The notes below the pieces were generated by a model. The model was not told where the DNA came from and did no database searches. It was given only the letters and a program-made list of their open reading frames with translations. DNA of 64,000 nucleotides, from assembly GCA_048941285.1 (NCBI GenBank), contig JBHLNS010000011.1, positions 1-64,000 on the forward strand. Reading direction: 5' to 3'. Both the position numbers and the translations under genes were made by a program. This document shows positions 9,722 through 20,199 of the stretch, piece after piece (the first letter of the stretch is position 1; each line of letters begins with the position of its first letter). This DNA is from Promethearchaeota archaeon. GTDB lineage: Archaea; Asgardarchaeota; Lokiarchaeia; Sigyniarchaeales; SOKP01.

Positions 9722-10468
9722 ATGTATAAAGTAGTTCTTTTAAGACATGGGGAAAGTACTTGGAATAAAGAGAACAGATTTACTGGTTGGACTGATGTGG
9801 ATCTTTCAGAAAAAGGAATTCAAGAAGCGAACCAAGCCGCTAAATTATTAATAGAGGGAGGATACACTTTTGATCTTGCCTATACCTCGGTATTAAAGAG
9901 AGGAATTCGGACATTATGGATTGTCTTAGATAAGATGGATTTAATGTGGATTCCTGTTTACCGATCTTGGCGTTTAAATGAAAGACACTATGGTGCCCTG
10001 CAAGGATACTCAAAATCTGAAATGGCAAAAGAAGTTGGGGAAGATCAAGTACTTATCTGGAGGCGAAGTTATGACATACCCCCTCCTGCTCTTAAAACTA
10101 CTGATCCAAGGTATCCTGGAAATGATTCAAAGTATGCAGATTTAAGCCCCGATGAGATTCCTTTAACCGAATGCCTAAAAGATACGGTTGCACGAGTATT
10201 GCCTTATTGGCACGAGTTTATTTCTCCAATTATAAAGTCTGGTAAGAGAATTCTAATTTCTGCCCATGGTAATAGTTTAAGAGCACTCGTGAAGTATCTT
10301 GACAATATGCCTGATACAGAAGTGGTGGATTTAAATATTCCTACAGGTGTACCTTTAATATATGAGTTAGACGATGATTTGAAACCAATTTCTCATTATT
10401 ATTTAGGTGACCAAGAAGAAATTCAAAAAGCAATAGAAGTTGTTGCTAACCAAGGAAAAGCAAGATGA
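9722..10468 (+). CDS. gpmA: 2,3-bisphosphoglycerate-dependent phosphoglycerate mutase
   Basis: [37 protein letters not shown]. Confidence 0.97.
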   Translation: MYKVVLLRHGESTWNKENRFTGWTDVDLSEKGIQEANQAAKLLIEGGYTFDLAYTSVLKRGIRTLWIVLDKMDLMWIPVYRSWRLNERHYGALQGYSKSEMAKEVGEDQVLIWRRSYDIPPPALKTTDPRYPGNDSKYADLSPDEIPLTECLKDTVARVLPYWHEFISPIIKSGKRILISAHGNSLRALVKYLDNMPDTEVVDLNIPTGVPLIYELDDDLKPISHYYLGDQEEIQKAIEVVANQGKAR

Positions 10469-11013
10469 GATTACAGAATTCTAAAGATTTCCTTATTATA
10501 TATGTTATGTTTATCTTTTTATCTATTTTTCTCATAATTCCTATACCTGCAATTAGAGCTCAATCTTATATTAGTATAAATGTCGAAACTGCTAACGATA
10601 TGATAAATAATAGTAATCAATATCCAAATTTGGTTATACTTGATGTCAGAGAACAATGGGAATATAATGAAAATCACCTATGTGATAGTGTATTAATACC
10701 GCTTTCAGAAATTAATGTTAGAATTAGTGAACTTTTGCCTTACAAGGATATCGATATAATTGTCTATTGTAGATCTGGGAGTAGAAGTGCACAAGCAAGC
10801 CAAAATCTAGTTGATAATCATAATTTTACAAAGATATATAACATGCTGGGAGGAATAAATGCTTGGATTGTTGCTGGATACGAAGTCTGCGATGGGCAAA
10901 CACAACCTAGCATTAATTTTTTGGATGAAACATTTCTACTAGTGTTTTTAGCAACAACAATCTTAATTATTTTCTTATTCATAACGAAAGGGATAGTTAA
11001 AATTCAAACATAA
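10465..11013 (+). CDS. Rhodanese-domain protein with signal peptide and C-terminal TM anchor
   Basis: [21 protein letters not shown]; hydrophobic termini; ATGA overlap with gpmA. Confidence 0.85.
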   Translation: MRLQNSKDFLIIYVMFIFLSIFLIIPIPAIRAQSYISINVETANDMINNSNQYPNLVILDVREQWEYNENHLCDSVLIPLSEINVRISELLPYKDIDIIVYCRSGSRSAQASQNLVDNHNFTKIYNMLGGINAWIVAGYEVCDGQTQPSINFLDETFLLVFLATTILIIFLFITKGIVKIQT

Positions 11014-11042
11014 AAAAAAAGATTTTGTATTTAAGTTTAAAA

Positions 11043-11354
11043 TTATTCCCATTTCATTCCAGCCATTTTGTAAGAGTCTGAAACACCCATTAGAACTTCC
11101 ACGGTCATTCGAAATTCTTCAATCTGTAATCCAAACGGAGTAAAATATTTCCAGAGTTCCATACTTGCTTGTTCTAATTTTCCTTTCTCAGTATATATTA
11201 AATGATATTGTTTCATACCATCATTTCCAGCTGGAGTGTTAAAAACTCGCCATTTTGTAACAAATGGTATATCTCGGGGTTGTTTTAGGTACATTTTGCC
11301 AACTTCCATACCTTTATGAATGGGATACCAAGTTGTGATCATCAAAACACCCAT
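11043..11354 (-). CDS. Small conserved hypothetical protein (103 aa), paralog A
   Basis: Same length as and highly similar to 11540..11851. Confidence 0.8.
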   Translation of the reverse strand: MGVLMITTWYPIHKGMEVGKMYLKQPRDIPFVTKWRVFNTPAGNDGMKQYHLIYTEKGKLEQASMELWKYFTPFGLQIEEFRMTVEVLMGVSDSYKMAGMKWE

Positions 11355-11420
11355 TATTCATCATTACCTCAAACTTTTTATAAAATTGGATTCAGGGTGA
11401 GTATTTATCTGATACGATTT

Positions 11421-11438
11421 TATTTAAGAATTTCCATT
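11421..11438 (-). promoter_or_regulatory. Probable BRE-TATA promoter of 11043..11354
   Basis: Minus strand AATGGAAATTCTTAAATA, conserved upstream of the paralog. Confidence 0.5.
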
Positions 11439-11539
11439 TTTGTAGGCATTTTATTACCTAAGATCCAATCTTGATCTATAATAGAAAGCTTGAGATTGAA
11501 AAGTTAAAAAAAAAAAGGTTATTTAATTAATAATTTAAA

Positions 11540-11851
11540 TTATTCCCATTTCATACCTACCATTTTATAGGAATCTGAAACTCCAACTAGAGATTCTATT
11601 TTCATATAATATCCCTCGACTTGGCTTACAAAAGGAAAAAAATATTTATAGACAGCCATTGATGCCTCTTCTAACTTTCCTCTTTCCGTATAAATTAAGT
11701 GATATTGCTTCATGCCATCCTTCCCATCAGTAGTATTAAAAACACGCCATTTAGTAACATTGGGGATTTCTCTTGGCTGTTTTAAAATCATTTTCGCAAC
11801 ATCAATAGTTTTATTGGGTGGATACCAAGTCGTTATTAGTAATATGCCCAT
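11540..11851 (-). CDS. Small conserved hypothetical protein (103 aa), paralog B
   Basis: TTWYP, VTKWRVFNT, DGMKQYHLIYTE and GVSDSYKM shared with paralog A. Confidence 0.8.
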   Translation of the reverse strand: MGILLITTWYPPNKTIDVAKMILKQPREIPNVTKWRVFNTTDGKDGMKQYHLIYTERGKLEEASMAVYKYFFPFVSQVEGYYMKIESLVGVSDSYKMVGMKWE

Positions 11852-11916
11852 ATATTATCATAACCTTCTAATTTTTTAAAATTGGATTTACGGCATAGAC
11901 ATATTTATTACAATAT

Positions 11917-11934
11917 TATTTAACAATTTCCATT
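11917..11934 (-). promoter_or_regulatory. Probable BRE-TATA promoter of 11540..11851
   Basis: Minus strand AATGGAAATTGTTAAATA, one mismatch to the copy at 11421. Confidence 0.5.
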
Positions 11935-12009
11935 AATGTAAATTTTTTTTCGACAAAGAATAAATGTATTAAAGCAATTGTTTTATAATAGAATGAGAGG
12001 TTTTCTATA

Positions 12010-12801
12010 ATGGTGAAAAAATCGTTTATTGATCATCCAAGTGTATCTAGTATAGTGTTCTATCCCCGAAAAAGCTCTATACCAACAATGCTAAGTCCGA
12101 ACATTAAAGTTTTAAGGTTTAAAATAAGTAAAAAAATCGTGTTGGGAGGATTTTTCTATTTAAATGACTCCAATTTGCCAACAATTTTATTATTCCATGG
12201 AAATGGCGAAATCGCCGCTGATTATCAATATTTTCTTGATTTCTTTTTTGATTGTGGAGTAAATTTAGCTGTAGTAGACTTTAGAGGATATGGATTTAGC
12301 ACTGGAACACCTATATATAGTAGTCTGATTTCTGATGCAATACCCATTTATAATGAATTTTATAATTGGATTAATCAAAATGGAATTAAAGATTCTCTTT
12401 TTGTTTTAGGACGATCTTTAGGAAGTGCATGTGCCTCTGAAATAGGAGCTCATAATCCAGATAATTTACGAGGAATAATATTTGAAAGTGGATTTGCTAG
12501 TATGTATAATATGATGACAAGGTTATTTAGAGTGAGTGGTCCTGATGTTACTCCTGAAGGTTTGAGTGAATATTCAAATGATACAAGAATCAGGAAATTT
12601 CAAAAGCCTGTTTTAATTATCCATGGCACAGAAGATTGGATTATACCTTTTGATGAAGGAAAACTAATTTATGAAAATATTCCTGAAGGTGTGGAAAAAA
12701 AATTAGTTCTAATCGACGGAGCTGGCCATAATAATATTTTTTCTTTTAAGGAAGAGTATACTACCCCTTTGAAAGAATTTATTCAAAAAAATAAACTCTA
12801 A
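12010..12801 (+). CDS. Alpha/beta hydrolase (ABHD/Bem46-like)
   Basis: FHGNGE, DFRGYG.S, GRSLG nucleophile, HGTED, GAGHN. Confidence 0.9.
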   Translation: MVKKSFIDHPSVSSIVFYPRKSSIPTMLSPNIKVLRFKISKKIVLGGFFYLNDSNLPTILLFHGNGEIAADYQYFLDFFFDCGVNLAVVDFRGYGFSTGTPIYSSLISDAIPIYNEFYNWINQNGIKDSLFVLGRSLGSACASEIGAHNPDNLRGIIFESGFASMYNMMTRLFRVSGPDVTPEGLSEYSNDTRIRKFQKPVLIIHGTEDWIIPFDEGKLIYENIPEGVEKKLVLIDGAGHNNIFSFKEEYTTPLKEFIQKNKL

Positions 12802-12907
12802 CTAATTTTCATTTTCTTATCAAAAATTGGACTAAATATCATTTTATAATCATCTATTCTCTTATTTAATTGAAAATAATATTAGTTATATTATTAGTGA
12901 TAAATTC

Positions 12908-13225
12908 TTGTCTGAAAAAGTCTATAATTTTTGTCCTTATTGTGGAAGAAAGTTACCCAGATCTGAAAACTTCAAATCATATTACTGCTGTTTTTGTGGA
13001 AAAAATTTTCAGTTAAAGCAAGAAAATTTGATGAAAAAAGTTCAATGTACAATTTGTCACAAAATGGTTGATCCCAATAGGCATAAAACCATTGGTTGTT
13101 CTTATTGTGGAAGTTTGTATCATTCTACATGTGTATCCCCTTGGTTATTAAAATATAATGCTTGTCCAATGTGCCAAAATGTATTTCTCTTCCCTAGTAA
13201 GATTATCTCCATTAGAAAAGAGTAA
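12908..13225 (+). CDS. Zinc-ribbon + RING-like (C4HC3) finger protein
   Basis: CPYC..CFC ribbon, then CTIC-x13-CSYC-x4-H-x2-C-x3-W-x6-CPMC. Confidence 0.8.
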   Translation: MSEKVYNFCPYCGRKLPRSENFKSYYCCFCGKNFQLKQENLMKKVQCTICHKMVDPNRHKTIGCSYCGSLYHSTCVSPWLLKYNACPMCQNVFLFPSKIISIRKE

Positions 13226-13250
13226 AAAAATAGAAAAGAATTTAATTAAA

Positions 13251-13877
13251 TTATTTTCTTAAGATAAAAACTCCTGTTTCTACAAACCAGAATAAGTTAG
13301 CAAAAAGAAATAACCATTCTGAAATAGCTTTAGCTTCAATAAGTAAGGTTGGCTCTATTCTATTCACTATGAATAATATTAGGTATAAAATGAAAAAGAA
13401 GGCTACAATTATATTCAATAAAGCTTGCCATAGTGGGAAATCTGATGATTTATATTCAATATAAGCATAACCAAATAAATATATAATTCCGGGAAAGAAA
13501 AAGACATACTGCGCTAGTGTATGCATAACATAAAAATCTCTAACGTTAAATAATGCTATTAAAAAAAGACCTATCGCAGAAATCAGTCCTAAAACACAAG
13601 CAATTCCAGTACTCCTATTTGAAGCGCCTTTTTCTCGTAAATATTGAGTAAAACCTATTATAAAAAGTATCATAAATGCACCAGTGGTGACCCAACAAAT
13701 AATAAAAAAGATGGCTAGCGCATTATCTCCAGGAACAGCTAAATCACTAATAAAAATGTCAACGAAATTGAAGCCAGGATGAACTATCATAGCCGGGATT
13801 GCACCTATAAGAAAAATTATTACTCCAACTATACCAAAATAAATAAAAATCTTTGTCATTTTTTCCATGATTATCAT
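13251..13877 (-). CDS. Multi-TM protein, DUF998/Frag1-DRAM-like
   Basis: FISDLA, a conserved His and SEW in a roughly 6-TM protein. Confidence 0.6.
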   Translation of the reverse strand: MIIMEKMTKIFIYFGIVGVIIFLIGAIPAMIVHPGFNFVDIFISDLAVPGDNALAIFFIICWVTTGAFMILFIIGFTQYLREKGASNRSTGIACVLGLISAIGLFLIALFNVRDFYVMHTLAQYVFFFPGIIYLFGYAYIEYKSSDFPLWQALLNIIVAFFFILYLILFIVNRIEPTLLIEAKAISEWLFLFANLFWFVETGVFILRK

Positions 13878-13964
13878 TCTGATCTTTGTATTATTTATTA
13901 AAGATATATAGATCAGAAGTATTATTTATACTTAGTAGAATAACAAAGATTGTTTATGGATTAA

Positions 13965-14183
13965 TTATTCGAATAAAAATTCAGATATTAAAATTTGCTG
14001 AAACATTGAATGTTTTTCTTTGAATGATATATTTTCTCTCCCAGAATATATATCTGGAGGATTTTTTTTTCTAAAGATGATTGAGAAGGGTATGATTAAA
14101 TTTGAAATGTTCAAAAAATCATCTGATTCATCTGATTTATCCTTATCAACTTGAATCTTTTTATTTAATACCTCTAAACCCAC
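13965..14183 (-). CDS. Small protein, 'DIYS' family member A
   Basis: GTG start with GTGAG upstream; aligns without gaps to the ORFs at 14283 and 20200. Confidence 0.7.
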   Translation of the reverse strand: MGLEVLNKKIQVDKDKSDESDDFLNISNLIIPFSIIFRKKNPPDIYSGRENISFKEKHSMFQQILISEFLFE

Positions 14184-14282
14184 TTGTTATCTCACATCGA
14201 TTTCTTATTAATATTTCAATAAAAACCCATTCCTTTAAATTGAAAGACCCGAAAAATTTAGTGATAATATATATATCAAGAT

Positions 14283-14486
14283 TTATTCAATTAGGAATTC
14301 TTGTTTTAAAATATTTTTAAATTTAGAATTAGCTTCACTTAATGAATTTTCTTTTTCAAGTGAATAAATATCAACGGGGAAATTCTCATCACATATTTTT
14401 GCAACAAAGAATATCAAATTAGATATATTATTAAAGAATGCCCAACCATGCTTCCATAAAAAATTCTTTAAAGAACTCGCTCCACC
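14283..14486 (-). CDS. Small protein, 'DIYS' family member B (start uncertain)
   Basis: Not in the track. The open frame encodes ..FNNISNLIFFVAKICDENFPVDIYSLEKENSLSEANSKFKNILKQEFLIE*; the first canonical start is TTG at 14417. Confidence 0.55.
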   Translation of the reverse strand, partial: GGASSLKNFLWKHGWAFFNNISNLIFFVAKICDENFPVDIYSLEKENSLSEANSKFKNILKQEFLIE

Positions 14487-14776
14487 TTAAAACATACTGG
14501 ACGAAGACCGTCAGGGCAAGCAGTATATATCATATCTTTACCCGTCCAATCTTTAAATCCCCCTCCACATCTTAAAACTTGGATGCTATTATATAAACCA
14601 AACCAAGCATGGTGGCAAAATCCTTCAGGCATGTTTCCAGATTCGTCAACTATGAATTCAAGACCTTCTTTCATACCGCATTTTGTGATAGGTTTTCCAT
14701 CTGGTTTAATAAATTTGTTTCCAAGCACGTCTTCGGGACTGAATTGCTTTACAACTGTAAGTTTTACTTTATCCAA
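14468..14776 (-). CDS. TIGR04076-like small Cys protein, copy 3
   Basis: FCHHAW..GG..ACPDGLRPVCFKVER. Confidence 0.85.
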   Translation of the reverse strand: MDKVKLTVVKQFSPEDVLGNKFIKPDGKPITKCGMKEGLEFIVDESGNMPEGFCHHAWFGLYNSIQVLRCGGGFKDWTGKDMIYTACPDGLRPVCFKVERVL

Positions 14777-14803
14777 TTTAATTCATCTTAATTCTTAATA
14801 AAT

Positions 14804-15106
14804 TCATATTCTTTCCATTTTAAAGCATACAGGTTTCATTCCATCCGTACAACATGTATAAATCACTCCGGGTTCAGTATGATTAAAATTGCCACCGAAA
14901 CGTAAAACTGCGACATCTTTATAAACATCACGCCATGCCCAATCGCAAAAATTAGTGGGTTTACATCCATTCTCTACAATAAATTCGTCTCCTACATTAA
15001 AACTTTGACATTCACGTGCAATATTTCCTGATGGATACTTTATATCTTTATCAAAAACATCGCGAGGATGGAATTTCTTAATAACTGTAATTTTTACGTT
15101 TGTCAA
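14804..15106 (-). CDS. TIGR04076-like small Cys protein, copy 2
   Basis: FCDWAW..FGG..CCTDGMKPVCFKMER. Confidence 0.85.
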   Translation of the reverse strand: MTNVKITVIKKFHPRDVFDKDIKYPSGNIARECQSFNVGDEFIVENGCKPTNFCDWAWRDVYKDVAVLRFGGNFNHTEPGVIYTCCTDGMKPVCFKMERI

Positions 15107-15115
15107 GATTTTTCC

Positions 15116-15424
15116 TTATTCCTCAATTCTTTCTAACTTGAAACAGACAGGTCTCACTCCATCAGTACAGGCTTTATAACTTACGCCATTCTCAGCCCAA
15201 TCCTTGAAATTACCACCAAAGCGTAATACATGCATACTACGAGCAATATCTATCCATGCACCACTACAAAAATCCTCCGGCATTGCTCCACCCTCAACTA
15301 TCCATTCTTGACCTTCTTTCAAAGGACATTTTTCTACTATTCTTCCACTAGGAGTCTTATATTGATGTCCGAAAACATCTTCGGGACTAAACCGCTTTAT
15401 AACTGTTATTTTTATTTTTGTCAT
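15116..15424 (-). CDS. TIGR04076-like small Cys protein, copy 1
   Basis: FCSGAW..FGG..ACTDGVRPVCFKLER. Confidence 0.85.
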   Translation of the reverse strand: MTKIKITVIKRFSPEDVFGHQYKTPSGRIVEKCPLKEGQEWIVEGGAMPEDFCSGAWIDIARSMHVLRFGGNFKDWAENGVSYKACTDGVRPVCFKLERIEE

Positions 15425-15621
15425 TTTAAACCATTTCTTTTACAATTATTGTTATTTCAAATTTGAAATTAAAGCTAGGATGAATTTCCTATAAATTAAA
15501 TAAGATAATGAACTTTGAGAATTTATAGTTTAAATCGTTGGAGTTCAATAGAACTAAGAATAAAATGCGAACTTTACGTAAGATAACTAAAAAATAAAAA
15601 AAAATTGAATTAAGGTTTAAA

Positions 15622-17010
15622 TTAATCTCTTTTTACAAAAGATATAATTAATATTCCGATTCCCATTATGATTCCAACAGATATCATAGCCCAACCATAT
15701 GCAGCTTTACCAATAAAATCATAAGTTAACATCACAGTACCCCAAATAAACGGACCTAATGCTGAAGAAAGTTTTCCACTTAATTTAGAAAAGCCAAAAA
15801 ACTCTCCAAATTTTTCTTTAGGAGCAAGTTCTACAACCATGATTCGCTGTGCAACCCACGTTCCTCCTAAAGCTGGACCTGCAACAATTCCCATTAAAAG
15901 ACTAAGTATAAAAGGGAGATTCAAACCAATATCAATATATGGAGTAGCAAATACTAACACAATACCCATTGTTAATGCAATACCCCACAACGCACCTACG
16001 AGGAAAAATGTATTTCTGGCACCATATTTATCACCAAATTTTCCTACGAAATAAGTACACGCAACTGCGGACATCGTAGCTATTATTATAAAAAGAATAG
16101 CAAATAAGGTTGAACCCCCTCCTATTATTAAGCCATCAGTAACTATTGGTGTCATATAAAGGACTATTACATTAGCAATATCGGCAACGAAAAAGTAACC
16201 GATAATAAAGATAAACAGTGCTCTATGTTTTCTTATCTCTTTAAATGTACTTCCTAATTGCTTAAATGTATTTTTGATTAACGTGCCTATAGATGGTCTC
16301 TTACCCTTTTTCTGTTTTTCACGAACATAAATGAATGGAATTGCACATACTAAGAAGAGAAGCATAGGAACAACAAAAGTAAACCAATATCCTGTGTATC
16401 CATAATCTGGTGTAGGTGGAACTGAAACGGTATCACCTAATAATAATATGAGAGGATACATAATAACCAGAGCTAGAATCGTTCCAAGATAACCCCAAGC
16501 AACACCAAATCCAGCGACTTTTCCAATATCATCTCTTTTAGCTATAAATGGAAGCATAGCATCATAAAAAGTCAAACTAAATTGATATGCAACATTTGCA
16601 ATTACGTAAAATATCAAAACTGTTGAAAGATCGTGGAAGAATCCAAGCAAACTTGCAAAAAGAAGGATAATGCCTGTTAAACTTATAACAAAAGGTTTAC
16701 GCTTTCCGACGTTATCACTCAACGCTCCTAATATAGGTACACAAATTGCCACACCTAACTGCATTAAAAAACTAACCACACCATAGAGAAAGCTTACGCT
16801 TCCATAAGACATTGAATTTTCTAATTGGCCAATCACAAGAACATATCGACCAATAATTAAACTTACGATAACCATAGAGTAAATCGTGTTGGCTAGGTCA
16901 TACATCGCCCAAAAGAATACATTTCTTCTAGACGTTGTAGTTTCGTATTCTATCTCTTCACTACCAAGAATTTCTGAAGGTGTTTTTACATCATTTTCTT
17001 TTTTTGACAT
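15622..17010 (-). CDS. MFS transporter, UMF1/Atg22-like
   Basis: WAMYDLAN, LGALSD..GKRK, FYDAMLP, GEFFG; about 12 TM. Confidence 0.88.
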   Translation of the reverse strand: MSKKENDVKTPSEILGSEEIEYETTTSRRNVFFWAMYDLANTIYSMVIVSLIIGRYVLVIGQLENSMSYGSVSFLYGVVSFLMQLGVAICVPILGALSDNVGKRKPFVISLTGIILLFASLLGFFHDLSTVLIFYVIANVAYQFSLTFYDAMLPFIAKRDDIGKVAGFGVAWGYLGTILALVIMYPLILLLGDTVSVPPTPDYGYTGYWFTFVVPMLLFLVCAIPFIYVREKQKKGKRPSIGTLIKNTFKQLGSTFKEIRKHRALFIFIIGYFFVADIANVIVLYMTPIVTDGLIIGGGSTLFAILFIIIATMSAVACTYFVGKFGDKYGARNTFFLVGALWGIALTMGIVLVFATPYIDIGLNLPFILSLLMGIVAGPALGGTWVAQRIMVVELAPKEKFGEFFGFSKLSGKLSSALGPFIWGTVMLTYDFIGKAAYGWAMISVGIIMGIGILIISFVKRD

Positions 17011-17337
17011 ATTAATCGCTTCTTATTAGATTTATTTTATGAATATTAGTGAAATTTCATTTTCTTAAAAATTTTATGTTAAGTATTCGAATTTTTTATT
17101 CTCTATTTGGTTATTTGAGGCGGATACCAGAGGTTAAAATTGCTAATTCTCTCCTTAAATTCATTTTTAATTCAAAATTTCTGACTATATTAAAATATTT
17201 CAAAACATCTTGGTATCAAAACGTTATTTTTTTTCTAGCATAAAATATTTAAGCTCAGATGTAATTAGAAATTAGCGTGAGAATATTTGGTAAAACTTAC
17301 ATATTCAATATAAGATACTTACAAAAAGAATATCACC

Positions 17338-18195
17338 ATGCTTGAATATGACCATTTAGGTCAGTTAAATAGAAGTTTAGGCAAATATTTAATAATCACT
17401 TTTGGATTCTCATGGTTATTATGGTTACCCAGTTTACTTTCTTCATTCCTTCTAATTCCACATCTTCCATTGTATAATCTTTTATTAGTTATTGGTTCAT
17501 TTGGGCCATTTATAGCGGCATTTTCATTAACTCTTAAAGAAGGTGGCATTGAAGGCGTTAAGTCATTGTGGAAAAAAGGGTGGCACTGTGATAATAAAAT
17601 CTTTTTAGTACTTTCTTTAACTATAATCCCAGTATTATGTATTTTGTCTCTGCTTATAGCAAATATTTTTGAGGGAGAAGCTTTTATTAACTACATAAAT
17701 CTTTATCGTTATGGATATATCTTCACTGAAATTTTTGTAATTTTATTTTTTAGCGGTCCATTCCAAGAAGAATTTGGCTGGAGGGGTTATGCACTTTACT
17801 ATCTTCAATCCAAGTTGAATGCTTTTGAATCCAGTTTGGTTTTGGGCGGAATTTGTAGTGTATGGCATTACCCACTATTTTTTATTAATATTACAGCTTA
17901 TTATAGACAAAATTTCTATAGTTTTACAATTTTTTTACTTGCTTTATCTATAATTTTTACTTGGCTTAATAACAATACAAATGGAAGTATTTTAGTGGCA
18001 TTACTTTTTCATACATCAATAAATGCAAGTTATTCGTTATTTCTTCAAAATATCACGCGGTTAGGTAGCATAAATTTTATAATTCTTTTAGATATTTTTA
18101 TGGTTGTGATATTGTTTACTTTTGGCCAAGAAAAGTTAAAACGGACTAATATTAAAAGAAAAATTTCTATAAAACTCTCTAAAAAGACGCTTTAA
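17338..18195 (+). CDS. CPBP/Abi intramembrane metalloprotease
   Basis: EEFGWRGY, WHYP, ALLFH..IN. Confidence 0.9.
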   Translation: MLEYDHLGQLNRSLGKYLIITFGFSWLLWLPSLLSSFLLIPHLPLYNLLLVIGSFGPFIAAFSLTLKEGGIEGVKSLWKKGWHCDNKIFLVLSLTIIPVLCILSLLIANIFEGEAFINYINLYRYGYIFTEIFVILFFSGPFQEEFGWRGYALYYLQSKLNAFESSLVLGGICSVWHYPLFFINITAYYRQNFYSFTIFLLALSIIFTWLNNNTNGSILVALLFHTSINASYSLFLQNITRLGSINFIILLDIFMVVILFTFGQEKLKRTNIKRKISIKLSKKTL

Positions 18196-18344
18196 CTTTA
18201 TTTATTTTTTATTTTAAAAAAATATTTTTGGTTCTTTAATTAAATAGGATGAATTATCATCCCTACAATAGTGTAAACATTAAATAAGAAAATGAGATTT
18301 TTAATTATTAATTACAATAATAATTTTCGAGATCCAAACTAGGA

Positions 18345-20141
18345 ATGGAAAAGAAAAATTTGGTTATAATCATCTTAGCATTAATATTAGCTACCTCTGG
18401 AATTGGTAACATTCTTATGGCTATTATGCTGAATCTTATTAAAACACCTCCTAATCTAGCAGTGCTTAAGGTAGCAAGAGAATCCAACCCTATTACAATG
18501 GATCCATGCGATGCCTGGGATATAGTTTCAAATAGTATGCTTGATCAAGTAGTCGAAACATTATTGGCTTACAATTTATCTGACATTAATTTTCCAATTA
18601 TAGGAAGACTTGCTGAAACTTGGGATTTTCAAAGCACAAAATTCGGTACAAATATCACATTCCAATTACGAGATAATGTCTATTTCCATGATGGCGCAAG
18701 ATTGACTGGAGAATGTGTTATACACACTTTCGAAAGAATCAATTATTTTGGTAATGCAACTGGTTCTTTAGAAAAACCTAATAAAATGGCTAACCCACAC
18801 AGCTTATATAAACTTCCTAATAAACCCCCCGGTTTAACACCAATCTTTAACCATACCCTTACTTTTGTGAATCCTGCTGATGAGTTAGAAATTACATTAA
18901 TATTGAATGCTCCATTTTCTTCAGCTGAAGGATTGTTAGCTTATACCGCAAGCTCAATAGTCCATCCTGATTCTACTCCTGTAAATGAGATGTTAGAATT
19001 AGGATTAGATCTAATTGTTGGAACTGGTCCATTCAAAATAGTTACGTATATACCTAATTCCGAGGTTCGATTTGAGCGTTGGAACAGATATTGGGATGAT
19101 CCCGCTTATTGGGATGAAATAGTATACATTTATTATAGAGATACGATCACCGCAAATGTTGCGATGCTAGCTGGAGATATAGATTGGTTAGGTCAGGGAA
19201 TTGCTTCACTTATACCAAACTTTGAAGCAGATCCAACTATAATAGTTACTGGGGATGGTATTCATGATTATATTAACGGTTCTGCCTATTGGTATATTGA
19301 ATTTAATTCTGAAGTCATTAATATTACCTGGAGAAAAGCAATATCATATGCCTTTAACTATAGTTATCTAATTAAAGATATACAACAAGATACGGTTGTA
19401 AGAGCTCACTCATTAGTTCCTCCAAGTTTTCCCGCCCATAATAAATCAGTAAGGGCTGCTAATTATAATGTCCCTAAAGCGAGACAATATATGCAGAGTA
19501 TGGGTTATGGTTATAGTGTTGGAATCCCTTGGGATGTAGGCTCTCAAATTGGAGATATATTTACACCAGGGATAGATGAAGATAAATGGAAAGCATCAGA
19601 ATTTATACCTACTACAAAAGCATCTGGATGGACATTACCCACCGCTAATTTTACAAATAATGCTTTTAATTTTTGGATACTACTTGGTTCTCATTTTTTT
19701 GATTTACTTTTTCAACGATTTTCAATAGATATGAGTTTAATCGGAATAAAGACAACTCCACAGATATTGACTTTTGACCAAATAATTAATATTGCCTTTA
19801 ATCATCGTGAAAAACTTCATGTCTATTTCACTGGTTGGGGTCCTGATTACTTTGATACTTTCAATATGATCGAACCGTTAGTTAATCCAGATTCTCATGC
19901 GAACTGGGGAGGAATTAATGAACCTGAAATTAATAATCTTCTAGCAATTACCGCAAGAGAAACTGATATTGTCCAGAGATATCAATACTACGAAAAGCTT
20001 CAATATTTAATTCATGATAAATACTTCTTCCATATGCCTTTAATGTATTATAAAGTTTACCATGTGCATGCTGCTACCTTAAAGGGATTTCCTTATAACT
20101 CCATGATGAATATTTATTGGTATCCTTGCTATCGCGAATAA
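18345..20141 (+). CDS. ABC transporter substrate-binding protein, family 5 (Opp/Dpp-like)
   Basis: N-terminal TM anchor, LRDNVYFHDG, GTGPF, RKAISYA, GWGPDY. Confidence 0.9.
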   Translation: MEKKNLVIIILALILATSGIGNILMAIMLNLIKTPPNLAVLKVARESNPITMDPCDAWDIVSNSMLDQVVETLLAYNLSDINFPIIGRLAETWDFQSTKFGTNITFQLRDNVYFHDGARLTGECVIHTFERINYFGNATGSLEKPNKMANPHSLYKLPNKPPGLTPIFNHTLTFVNPADELEITLILNAPFSSAEGLLAYTASSIVHPDSTPVNEMLELGLDLIVGTGPFKIVTYIPNSEVRFERWNRYWDDPAYWDEIVYIYYRDTITANVAMLAGDIDWLGQGIASLIPNFEADPTIIVTGDGIHDYINGSAYWYIEFNSEVINITWRKAISYAFNYSYLIKDIQQDTVVRAHSLVPPSFPAHNKSVRAANYNVPKARQYMQSMGYGYSVGIPWDVGSQIGDIFTPGIDEDKWKASEFIPTTKASGWTLPTANFTNNAFNFWILLGSHFFDLLFQRFSIDMSLIGIKTTPQILTFDQIINIAFNHREKLHVYFTGWGPDYFDTFNMIEPLVNPDSHANWGGINEPEINNLLAITARETDIVQRYQYYEKLQYLIHDKYFFHMPLMYYKVYHVHAATLKGFPYNSMMNIYWYPCYRE

Positions 20142-20199
20142 TAGATTAAAAGCTAAAAAGCTAATAGTATTGCTGAATCCGAAAGATAATTTAGTAAAG

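Noticed and set aside
14102-14320. 72-aa plus-strand ORF
   Set aside because: Overlaps two minus-strand ORFs that are supported by paralogy
17049-17243. 64-aa plus-strand ORF in an intergenic region
   Set aside because: No motif or paralog; sits in a divergent promoter region
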